A stretch of 50,944 nt of DNA. Source: Saprolegnia diclina VS20 (taxonomy: Eukaryota). The first letter of the stretch is position 1, and each line of letters opens with the position of its first letter. Shown piece after piece: positions 23,641 through 33,100 of the stretch. The stretch covers positions 1,203,544 through 1,254,487 of the forward strand of contig NW_008246068.1 of the NCBI RefSeq assembly GCF_000281045.1, read 5' to 3'. The notes under the pieces were generated by a model. The model made no database searches and had not been told where the DNA came from. It worked only from the letters and a program-made list of their open reading frames with translations. A program made the translations under genes and the position numbers.

Positions 23641-23874
23641 CTACAAGACACTCGAGTCGGAAAACATGATGGATCCTGCGTGGCCGAGCGCGAAGAACAC
23701 GGTCGAGAGGAAGATCACGTCAATCTTGCGTTGCGGTAGCCGACCGCGCAGCCCGAGGCGGATGAGCGGAATGATCGGACCGTACGCGAGTGGCGCAAAT
23801 ATGTGGTAGTTGGGGCCCGCCGGTTTCGGCTCTACATGCGGCGGTGGCGTCCACGTTCGCCGACTCGGGGCCAT
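23641..23874 (-). CDS. 77-aa small membrane protein, tandem copy 2
   Basis: MAPSRRTWTPPP...FAPLAYGPIIPLIRLGLRGRLPQRKIDVIFLSTVFFALGHAGSIMFSDSSVL. Paralogue of 22648-22881. Confidence 0.8.
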   Translation of the reverse strand: MAPSRRTWTPPPHVEPKPAGPNYHIFAPLAYGPIIPLIRLGLRGRLPQRKIDVIFLSTVFFALGHAGSIMFSDSSVL

Positions 23875-24327
23875 CGTTGACGTACTTGCAGTGTCGAGGA
23901 TTCGATTGTGCCGAGGATGATCCATGATACGCCGTATCCGGACAAACGGTGCAAAAAAAGCGCTAAAAAACACTTGCAGGCGTCCGGATCTCTCGCGCGT
24001 CTAAGGTGCAGCGCCCACCGTCACCGGCGACACGAGACGTAGAGTGGGCAAGGCCATGTAGCGACGCGATCGATATGCGTCGTCGACAGAGTGACGCTGT
24101 ATCGGGTACAGTCCTATACCTACACGATCGAAAACCACGTCATTGTTGTATTTTCCACGTCGATGGCCCGTGAAAAACAGCGGCCCTCACATGTGAAAAT
24201 CATGGCCCTCAGTATACCAAAAAGAGGTACAAACCAACCCTTTTCTGACAGCAATACACCACGGTGATTGGTCAGTATACTGGACGGGGCATGGATCCAT
24301 TGGTGCCCAAACCAAGTCTGCAGCACG

Positions 24328-25873
24328 ATGAAGGAGTACCTGGTCTTCTGTGTGCACCGCCACTTGGTGCGTCGCCGTCGTCCGTTCTGGCGTTGTACAG
24401 GCTGCTCATGCTCGTACGGACGCTAGGACTTTCGCTTTCCGGAGCTCGATGCGCTCCTGACGATGCAGTCGCTCGACCCGAGCGCGTGCTACTCGCGCGA
24501 CGCCAACCCGCTCTCGTCGCCGCTTGTGCACATCAAGCTGCCATCTGAGGCGCACGCCAAGTTCCTCTCGCAGCGTGGCATTCTCGTCAAGGGCGTGTAC
24601 GAGATTTGGGGCCACGGCAAAACGTACGACGAGGTCGTCGCCTCGGTCGCAGCGTTTGAAGAGCGCACGACGTACGTCGAGGACGCGAGCTTGAGCTGGA
24701 AGATCAACGTCGATGCATTCGGGCTCAAGCTGAGCATGGAACAGCAAACGGCTCGTCGCGAGCGCTTCCGCGAGATCCTGCCGTTCCAGGGGCCCGTCGT
24801 ACTCTCGAATCCGTCCAACACGTTTCTGATCCTCGAAGACATTGGCGTCGACGAGGCTGCCATGACGCCGCAGCGCATCTTCTTTCTCCGGACACTGGCC
24901 GGCGCTGAGCGCAACCGTGGCCGTGGCGGCGCGCGCGACCTCGTACGACCCCATTTCTTGACCGTTTGTCTATCAAATTTTGTATAGGTCGACATGCAGA
25001 CGCTCAAGCGCCGCGCGTACATTGGTCCGACGTCGATGGACGCTGAAATGGCGCTGCTCATGTGCAACATGGCGCTGGTCATGCCTGGCGACCTCGTCAT
25101 CGACCCGTTCGTTGGGACGGGCAGCGTCCTCGTGCCCTGCGCGACGTTCGGCGGCATCTGCATGGGCACCGACATTGACACGCGCGTGCTCCACGGCAAG
25201 AACAACAAGACCATTTACTCGAATTTCCACCAATACGATTTGCCCGTGCCCGAGCTTGTCCGCGCCGACAACTCGCGCTCGCCGCTGCGGTGCCCCATGT
25301 ACTTTGATGCAGTCGTGTGCGACCCGCCGTACGGCATTCGCGCCGGTGCCCGCAAAAGCGGACGGTATGTATCAATCTATCAGTCTATCAAATCATGAAA
25401 TCAACCGACTGTTGCATAGGCGGGAGCGGCCGGACGATGATGCTGACGCGCCGCCCGCCTTGACCAAGTCGGGCAAGCCCAAGTACGGCCCGCGTGAGAT
25501 TCCCGAGGAGTGGCTCGACACGCATTTCCCCGTGACGCAACCCTATGCGGCCGAAGACGTCATGAAGGATCTGCTGACGTTTGCGGCAACAAACCTCCGT
25601 GTCGGGGGTCGTGTCGTGTACCTCCTTCCGACGACGTACGACTACACGGACGACGACTTGCCCGTGCACCCGCTCCTGCGTGTGGTCGCCAACTCGGAGG
25701 AGAAGCTCACGTCCAAGTACGCGCGGCGCCTCATTACGATGGAGAAGGTTGCGACGCCGATCGCGACGTCGGTCCAAAAGACGAAGGACTTTAGCTTTGC
25801 CAAGCTCCGCGAGCGCATCGTCGAACCGAGCGGGAGCCAGAAACGCAACGTCAAGCCCAAGACAGCCGAGTAA
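24328..25873 (+). CDS. TRMT11: tRNA (guanine(10)-N2)-methyltransferase TRMT11/Trm11, multi-exon
   Basis: MKEYL...HRHL|DFRFPEL, LKRRAYIGPTSMDAEMALLMCN, DPFVGTGS (SAM binding), FDAVVCDPPYGIRAGARK, DLLTFAA...GGRVVY, RRLITMEK. Confidence 0.93.
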
Positions 25874-26055
25874 ATGGGAGACGAGGAGGTTCATATTACC
25901 ACTACATACTTTAGCGTGTTGTACACGTTATGCGAAATAACGACGGGAGCGATTGTGGAGTTATAGCTGGCCTTGGTAGGATAAGGACAACAATTGTTCC
26001 CCAATGATTGCACCTCGTGAAGCTTCCACGAGTGAGTGCTTAACTACAGTAAATA

Positions 26056-26316
26056 TGATTGGCTAAAATGGTTGTAAAAACAACCAATGCGGGATGACTT
26101 TAACTTTACCTCGCTGCCATCGAGGTCGCGGGATCGCCAAATCGAGACGGACAAAATTTCGCTCGAACTCTGGGCATCGATAAATGGCACTTTGGAGATC
26201 CTAAAACGCTAGGTTAGGCTGGCGTGGAAGGCGTAGAGCGAGAGAAATCCAGGACAATGTGAACATATTTTGGGTGATTTGATTGGCTGAAAGTATATTA
26301 TATCCAACCAATCACA
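26056..26316. promoter_or_regulatory. Paired inverted CCAAT-box-like motifs (TGATTGGCT...CAACCAAT), two arrays
   Basis: tgattggctaaaatggttgtaaaaacaaccaatg at about 26056-26089, and tgattggctgaaagtatattatatccaaccaatcac at about 26280-26315. Confidence 0.4.
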
Positions 26317-26459
26317 GATAAAGTGGAATGCCCGCACGCTTCGCGCGGTCGCCCGATGGCCAAAGGAAGGTTTTTATCGGCACCGCTCATACTTGGTATA
26401 TGGATAGAAGACTCGTATGAGAGGCGAAAAAGCTACGATAAGTCGGCGTTGACGGCGTA

Positions 26460-26520
26460 CACCGAGAGAAATCCACCGTTGAAGTTGGTAGGTGCAACCC
26501 TAGACCTACCCTAGCCCTCC
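26460..26520 (+). repeat. Left terminal inverted repeat (61 bp)
   Basis: Direct comparison with 27513-27573 gives 3 mismatches. Contains the internal palindrome GGTAGGT-N10-ACCTACC. Confidence 0.9.
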
Positions 26521-26792
26521 AAGGTACAGCCAGAACTTCATGTTCCTCCGCAAGCTTTTTGGCAATGGTTCTGGAGGAAGACAGACTTCAGGAGCAGTTA
26601 TATTGTGGACCAAGTGAATTGTTTGTGGTGGTTTGTGGCGCAACTCTTTTTCATAAAGGGCTCAGCACACGACTTGACGTATCGTGCGCGTCAAGGTGCC
26701 AAAAACGCGAATGCTGGTCTTTCCAACCATCATTCATTGTCACTCTGCACAATATGGCGCGTAGAGAAGCACACAGTGCAAAAAACGTCAAG

Positions 26793-27434
26793 ATGGCCTC
26801 CGACCTCTACCGCATCCGAGTCGTCCGCGTCCATCGCGGCAAGTGCATCGTCGTTTTCCGCGTCTACTGCGTCTACTACGACTGCACGGTGCCATCCGAT
26901 GCCTCCTTCTTCGTGCTCCTCCTCGACGACGGCCGGTTCCTCTTTCAATCGTACGCCAACGTCGGTCCCAACAGTGGTTTTTCAAGCGCCAACGAGCCCT
27001 TTGCAATCGCCTCCGACGGTCAAGCACTGAATCGTGCATGGATGACTGCGAACGCCCACAAGTTTGTGAAGCGCGTCGAACAGACCGCGTACTCGCCGTC
27101 GACGCTCAAGACGAACCCGGCGTTCGTCTACAGCGGCTTTAAACAGGAGCGGCAGCTTGAGCAAGGCGTGTACGAAGTCGAGTATACAGATCCCAAGTGG
27201 ATCGAGCACTTCAAGGTCGGTCATGTGTGGCAGACGGCCTGCTTTGACATGCTGAGCTGCATGCCCATTGACTCCTCGCGCCTCAAATCCGTGGCGACGC
27301 CCACGCCGAAAGCAACCCGCGCTGCGGCGCCGTCATCGTCCAAGACGACAAAGAAGCCCGTGAAGAAGACAAAAACGATCAAGGCAGGTGCCTCTACCAA
27401 GACCACCGTTGAAAAACGCAAGTCCAAGGTTTAG
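26793..27434 (+). CDS. Intronless 213-aa hypothetical protein (globular N-terminal domain plus Lys-rich tail), cargo of the TIR element
   Basis: Open frame with good start context (gtcaagATGgcc) and host-like GC3-rich codons: MASDLYRIRVV...FRVYCVYYD...PSDASFFVLLL...QGVYEVEYTDPKWIEHFKVGHVWQTACFD...KTTKKPVKKTK...KRKSKV*. An alternative in-frame ATG lies at 26754. Confidence 0.8.
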   Translation: MASDLYRIRVVRVHRGKCIVVFRVYCVYYDCTVPSDASFFVLLLDDGRFLFQSYANVGPNSGFSSANEPFAIASDGQALNRAWMTANAHKFVKRVEQTAYSPSTLKTNPAFVYSGFKQERQLEQGVYEVEYTDPKWIEHFKVGHVWQTACFDMLSCMPIDSSRLKSVATPTPKATRAAAPSSSKTTKKPVKKTKTIKAGASTKTTVEKRKSKV

Positions 27435-27512
27435 ATTAAACAACGTCCATTCATATAATCTACTACATAACATTAGCAACGGTGTTGGACGAGACGTCAT
27501 GGCCTTGTACTC

Positions 27513-27573
27513 GGAGGGCTCGGGTAGGTCTAGGGCTGCACCTACCAACTTTAACGGTGGATTTCTCTCGGTG
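27513..27573 (-). repeat. Right terminal inverted repeat (61 bp)
   Basis: Reverse complement matches 26460-26520 at 58/61 positions. Confidence 0.9.
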
Positions 27574-27808
27574 TACATTTTCTCTTTTGTACAATATTGT
27601 ACAATATTGTGTTGCATCGAAGCTCTCATTGTCAAAGGCACATCGCTGTAGACACGCCACGTAGCATGAGTTCGTCGTCAAAGCGCACTCGATGTCCCAG
27701 GATTGACACGACAACCAATGGTATTATCAGGGCCATAAACATTCCGGAAAGGTTATCGCCGAGGTATTATTGTCTTACGCACTTCTCCGATCTTTCGCTG
27801 CGCTTTTC

Positions 27809-29045
27809 TTAGAGCCGCGCGGCCGGCGTCGACGTGAGATCGACGATGAGCTTGCCAACGTTCTTGCGCGCATACATGTACTCGATCGCATCGGGGACCG
27901 CTTCGAGGCCGTGGAACGGCGTCGGGTCGACGCCCGGGTCCAAAAGCCCCTTCTGCACGAGGAGCCCGAGCTTTTTGGCGTGCGCGCCAAAGTGGGCCAT
28001 GTGGTGGTTGAGGAAGAAGCCCCGGAGCGACGCCGACTTGGAGAGGAGCGCTGTCGAGAGCGGGCCGGCGCCTCCCGCCGCCTTGCCGTCCCACGAGCTC
28101 GAGTCTTGGTAGCCCGAGATGGCGCCAATGACAATGAGGCGGCCATGGCGCGCGAGGTTGGCGACGCACGTCTATTCCGAAGAGTATCAATCTATCGAGC
28201 AGGCAACGGCAAAAGACATACGTCGAGCATGTCACCGCCGACCGACTCGAAGACAAGGTTGACGCCGCGGGGAAACTCCTTCTTGAGGACGGCGCCAACG
28301 TCTTCCTTCGTATAGTCGATCGCACGGTCGCAGCCGAGGTTGAGAAGAAAGTCCTTCTTTTCCTGGGAGCTGCACGTGCCAATGACCGTGTTGCCCGCGA
28401 GCTTGGCGAGCTGCACAGCAAACTGGCCCGTCGCGCCGGCCGCGGCGGTCACGAGGACGACCTCGCCTTGCCGCATCTAGAGTCATTTCTCTCAGTATTA
28501 TGGTCGCAAGAGCATTATACCTCGCCCGTGACGTCGAGCGCGATCGAGGCCGTGAGGCCGCACACGTTGAGCGGCAGCACGGACGGCGAGAGCAGTGGCA
28601 CCTTGGCGATGAACTTGACAGGCACGACGATATACTCGGCGAACGCGCCATAGACTAATCGCCCGGCATCCTGTTATACCTCTGCGATACATGCAAGTAC
28701 AACACGTACGCGAATACATGACGGCGTCGCCGACCTTGAGGTGCTTGACCTTGGGGCCGACAGCGACCACCTCGCCGACTAGATGAAGGTTGAGACATAG
28801 CAACGGAAGGAAGGAAGGGACGTACCAGCTTCAAAGCCGACGTCAAAGGGCGGCGTCACGCCCGGAAGGTACTTGCCGTTCGTAAAGTTGATGTCGGACG
28901 CGTTGATGCCGAGGTAGTGGTTCTTGACGACGACCGTGTGGGCGGCGGCGACGAGGCCCGCGACCGGCGCCGTCACGATCGTCGTCGCGGCGCGGAAGTT
29001 GGTCGAGAGCTCCGTGCACACGATCTTGCGGTACGACTGCGCCAT
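27809..29045 (-). CDS. PTGR3: ZADH2/PTGR3-like NADP-dependent oxidoreductase (MDR superfamily) with peroxisomal PTS1 (-ARL), multi-exon
   Basis: LSTNFRAAT, GINASDINFTNGKY...PPFDVGFEA, VLVTAAAGATGQFAVQLAKLAG, GCDRAIDY, GVNLVFESVGG, DAIEYMYARKNVGKLIV. C-terminus is ARL*. Confidence 0.9.
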
Positions 29046-29281
29046 GTATCTCCAATCTCAAAAGTAAGTCGACTAAGATTTTCGAGTCGACCTGGGCTTG
29101 TGCAATCGCACGGGATATCTCATCGTGCCAAAGTGCAACTTGGCCATCCGGTTGTGTCCGGATCGCCATCATGGCAGTTTACTATACCATACTTTTTTCA
29201 AGTAATCACATGTCGCAGCCCGTCGCCGGTTGGTGAAAGAAGATCGCTCAAGCAGCGCCAGCCACGCAGCGACCGGCCACC

Positions 29282-30034
29282 ATGCGCATCGTGATGATCC
29301 ACGCGCTTCGCCACTCGCAGGCGCCGATTGAAGCAGCGTTCGCACGGCTGTGGCCGACAGCGTCGCTGGCCAACCTCACAGACGATTCGCTGGCCGCCGA
29401 CCTCGCGGCCCTCGTGCGCACCGACCCGCCTGCGACTGGCGCGCCGCCGCGCCTGTACGACCCGATCCAAGCCCGCTTTCACTTTCTAAGCTCGTATGCC
29501 ACGACCGAGATGGCGGGCGACGCAATTCTGTTTACATGCTCGGCGTTTGGGAGCTACATTGACGCGGTCGCTGCCCGCGTGGCGCCAACGCCCGTGCTCA
29601 AGCCCAACGAAGCGATGCTTGACGACCTCGTCGCAATGGCCCGCGCGTCGTCGGCGACAGCGGCCGACCCGTTTGTGGTAGCGCTCGCCGCGACGTTCTA
29701 CCCGACGTTGGGCTCGATGCGCGAGGAAATCGACGAGCTGCTTGGCGCCGCGCCGGACGTGCATCTGCGCATCGTGCCCGTGCACATTGAAGACGCGCTC
29801 GAGGCGCTCAACGCCGGCGACAGTAATCGCCACAACGAGCTGGCGGCAGCGACCTTGTCGGCGGTCGTGCAGGCGACGCCTGTCCACGCCGTGGCGTTGG
29901 CGCAGTTTAGCCTTGCACAGAGCGCGCCGCTCATTGCTGCATCCACGTTGCTGCCCGTGCTGACGACGCCGGACGCGGCCGTCCGTGCGCTGCAGCGGCG
30001 ACTCCTGGCTCCAAGCGACGTCGGTTGCTCTTGA
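29282..30034 (+). CDS. Asp/Glu/hydantoin racemase-superfamily protein, bacterial type, intronless
   Basis: MRIVMIHAL...AFARLWP...NLTDDSL, GDAILFTCSAFG, PVLKPNEAM, ALAATFYPTLGSM, HNELAA, VALAQFSLA, PVLTTPDAAV. This matches the bacterial 'TCS...LAQFS' racemase-like subfamily as recalled. Confidence 0.85.
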   Translation: MRIVMIHALRHSQAPIEAAFARLWPTASLANLTDDSLAADLAALVRTDPPATGAPPRLYDPIQARFHFLSSYATTEMAGDAILFTCSAFGSYIDAVAARVAPTPVLKPNEAMLDDLVAMARASSATAADPFVVALAATFYPTLGSMREEIDELLGAAPDVHLRIVPVHIEDALEALNAGDSNRHNELAAATLSAVVQATPVHAVALAQFSLAQSAPLIAASTLLPVLTTPDAAVRALQRRLLAPSDVGCS

Positions 30035-30112
30035 AACCGCTCGTAATAAAAAAGAATCCAAAACGAAACCTGTTGTATTTTTCATTTTGCCGCCGACGCC
30101 GCAGCCGGATCG

Positions 30113-33100
30113 ATGGAGAAGAAGACGGTGCTGACGGACGACTGGGAGTCGGACCTCGCAGCGATCATCGAGAAGACCAACCAGAACCTCAACCTCCTGC
30201 GCAAGATTGGCGAGAAGCGCGAAGACGCGCCGGCGAAGAAGGCGATGGCCATGATGAGCCGCGCCAAGTCGTCCAACGCGCTAGGTGCGCCGCGGGAAAC
30301 CACTGGCAATGACCGGACGCGCGCGAGCATTTCTACCGAGTACTACGCTCAATGACGACCGCTGCGTCATTGCTCCTGCTGACATAGCGCCTCGATCCAC
30401 AAGTGGAAGCAAGTGCTCGACGACTCGACAACGTTGAAGCGCCACATTGCACACAAGATGCTGGTGCGAAAAAACGGCGAATGACGTGGCAGCGTACGAT
30501 GCATGTGGCGCTGTCTAGGAGTCGACCAAGGGCAAGGACAAGGACAAAGGCCCACGCCGGGCCGCGAGCTCGGCGTGGGACGCGTCGTCGGTTGTCAACA
30601 CCAACCAAGACGACCGCGCCGCGCACCAGCCGCTCCTATCGCTTGATGAAATCAAAAAGAGGTCAACATACCTCTTCTCCCAGTGCAAACGAGCAATTCT
30701 CTCATCACCGCTGTCACTAGCTTGCAAGTCGACATCTCGTCGCGCGCGAGCCTGCTCGAGAAGCAAATTGCGGACCTGCGCACCGACTACCAAACTATGA
30801 CGGGCGAGAGCGGCGTCGTGTCGTTGAAGCTCCAGCAACTCTCGACCCAGGTCTCTCTTCACGCAAACCATAGTACACCTACTGATGACCTGCGTAGCTC
30901 GACGCCAAAGCCGACCGTGTGAGCAGTGTCGAACATACGCTGCAAGAGCAGTCGGCGGTCCTCGGGCGACTGGACGTGCAGGCCAACCACGTGTTGAAGT
31001 GGAAGGCCGCCGTCGACGTCGATCTCCAGACTCAAACGTACGTTACGTATTTGATATTGAATGGCATATTCAATATGGCGCATGCGTAGCGCCAAGACTG
31101 CCCTGGTCGACGGCCTAGAGAATAAAGTCGTGTCGCTCGAGCGCACCGTGGCCGAGCTCGTGACGCGCCTTACCAAGGCGTCGGACGTCGAGCAGTCGAT
31201 CGAGCACTGTACATTACGCATCTCGCAGCTCGAAGCGAAAGCCGCCAAGTCGTTGGGTACCGTAAAAGTGTTGAGATTGAGATTGAGATTGCATTTTTGC
31301 ATTAGATAACGCAACGCTGACGCATACCATTGAGACGGTCGTGACCAAGGCAATGCAAGCGTACGACGACCGGCTCACGCGGCGCCTCGAAGCGCTCACC
31401 GACATGCAAGAAACGAAAAACGCTAGCTTCCTCAAGGTACAAACTTGTCTCTTATACCAAAATGACTAGACAACGGGTGTAGACGATTCAGGGCCAGCGG
31501 GAAAACTATGAAAAAGCCATTCAATATGCGTTGGAAGCCAGTGTGGGCGACCTGCGCAACGACGTCGACGCGCACACCAAGCGCATCGATACGCGGTCGC
31601 AGGAGATGGCCACGTCACTGGACCTGCGCCTCACGTCGCTCGCCAAGCGTGTGGCGAGCGTCGAATCCAAGTCGAGCGGGGTCGAGACCGACGTCGACGC
31701 TACCAAGAACGCGACCGAGCGCGACGAGCTCCTCAAGAAGGCCGTGCTGCGGCACATCGCCGACACGTACGTCACCAAGCAGCAAGTCCCGACGCTGCTC
31801 GTGGACGAGCTCGAGGCCCGGGGCACCCTCTTGGCGTGGAAGCGGCTCGAAACGGCCGTGTCCAAGGTACCTTTTTTGTTTATAAAGACAACGTTTCCAC
31901 GTTTTTTCCACTAGATGTACCGTGAATTTGACCAAAAATGGCACGACGCGAATAAATGGGTCGACGACCTCAAGCTCCAAGTCGAGAAGACGTCGGCGGG
32001 CCTCGCGACGATGCAGACCAGCGTGCAGAAGAGCCATATCACCGAGACGCAAGCGTTGCGAGCCAAGCTGCTGCAGTGCGTAAACGAACTCGACCAGCTC
32101 CAGAGCACCAAGCTCGACATGGACGCGCATTTCGCGCGGCTCGAGAAGGACCGCGATTTGCAAATCCAAAAACTGCAAGCGCTCGTGTCGGAAGCCGAGG
32201 CCAAGCGCGATGCCGACGTCCACGCACTGCAGAGCGCCCTTCAGTCCAAGCTATTGCAAATTGCGTCGACGTCGGGCCAAGTTGAAGTCATGAAGGCGCT
32301 CTGGAAGCACGAGCAGTCAACGCTCCGCGTGTGCAAGTCGGATTTGAGTAGCGCCCGCCACGAAGCACTCGCGTACAAGCTCAAGCTCCAGAGTGCCGAG
32401 AAGGACAAGGCTCGCAACGCACTCGACCACAAGCAAGCGTTGGGCCGTCTCCAAGACCAGCTGGCGCGGCTTCAAAAGCAGTGGCAGGCTGCCGACCGTG
32501 ATAGAGCGACCGCACAGTCTTCGCTGCATGCGCTGCTGCAGGACGACGCGCGCAAACAAGCCAAGCTTGCGACGCTACAAGGCGTTTTACAGCGCCTACA
32601 GACCACCGCATCGCAAGCGACAGCTTCGCCGCGTGAGCTGGAAGCTGCCGTGCACGAAATGGCAGCGCAGACCAGCACGATTCATGCCCTCCACGCCAAC
32701 GTCACCGAGCTCGAAGCCGCGAAACTGGCATTGGAAGCCAGCCTTCTGACGTCGCGCGTGTCATTCGAGGCCGAGTTGACGGCGCTCCATGCAAGCCATG
32801 ACGCGACGCTGTCGGCGCGCGAAGCTACATTGACGCAACTTTCGAATGCCCTCGCGTCGCAGTCGACCCAGCACGCCCACGTGTGTGGCATTCTGACGAC
32901 GATGGCCAAAGACGTTGGCGCGGCGACGGAGGCGAATGACGAGGACGCTGTGGCGTGCGCCGAAGCGCTCCAAGCGACGTGGGCCGAACGTGTCCAGCAC
33001 TGGGAAACAGTCCAAGCGCTCGCGCAAACAGAGAGCGCGGCGACCATCGAGGCTTTGCGAGCGCAGCTGATCGACGCTGCAGCTGCCCACGAGAGTGAGA

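Larger units (their letters stand above)
26460..27573. mobile_element. Non-autonomous TIR DNA element (1114 bp; CAC...GTG ends; TA on both flanks) carrying a cargo gene
   Basis: Left end 26460-26520 (CACCGAGAGAAATCCACCGTTGAAGTTGGTAGGTGCAACCCTAGACCTACCCTAGCCCTCC) matches the reverse complement of 27513-27573 at 58/61 positions. TA at 26458-26459 and 27574-27575. No transposase inside. Confidence 0.75.

Noticed and set aside
26559..26792. 78-codon N-terminal extension of the cargo ORF in the ORF track
   Set aside because: It starts at TTG, is AT-richer, contains Inr-like motifs and has non-host codon usage. ATG 26793 (or 26754) is the more plausible start.
26460..27573. Autonomous transposon or Helitron interpretation of the element
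   Set aside because: No DDE transposase or Rep/helicase coding sequence. Paired inverted ends with TA flanks fit a non-autonomous TIR element better.
31271..31291. (TTGAGA)x3.5 microsatellite
   Set aside because: A short intronic simple repeat; not telomeric (TTTAGGG/TTAGGG) and of no evident significance.
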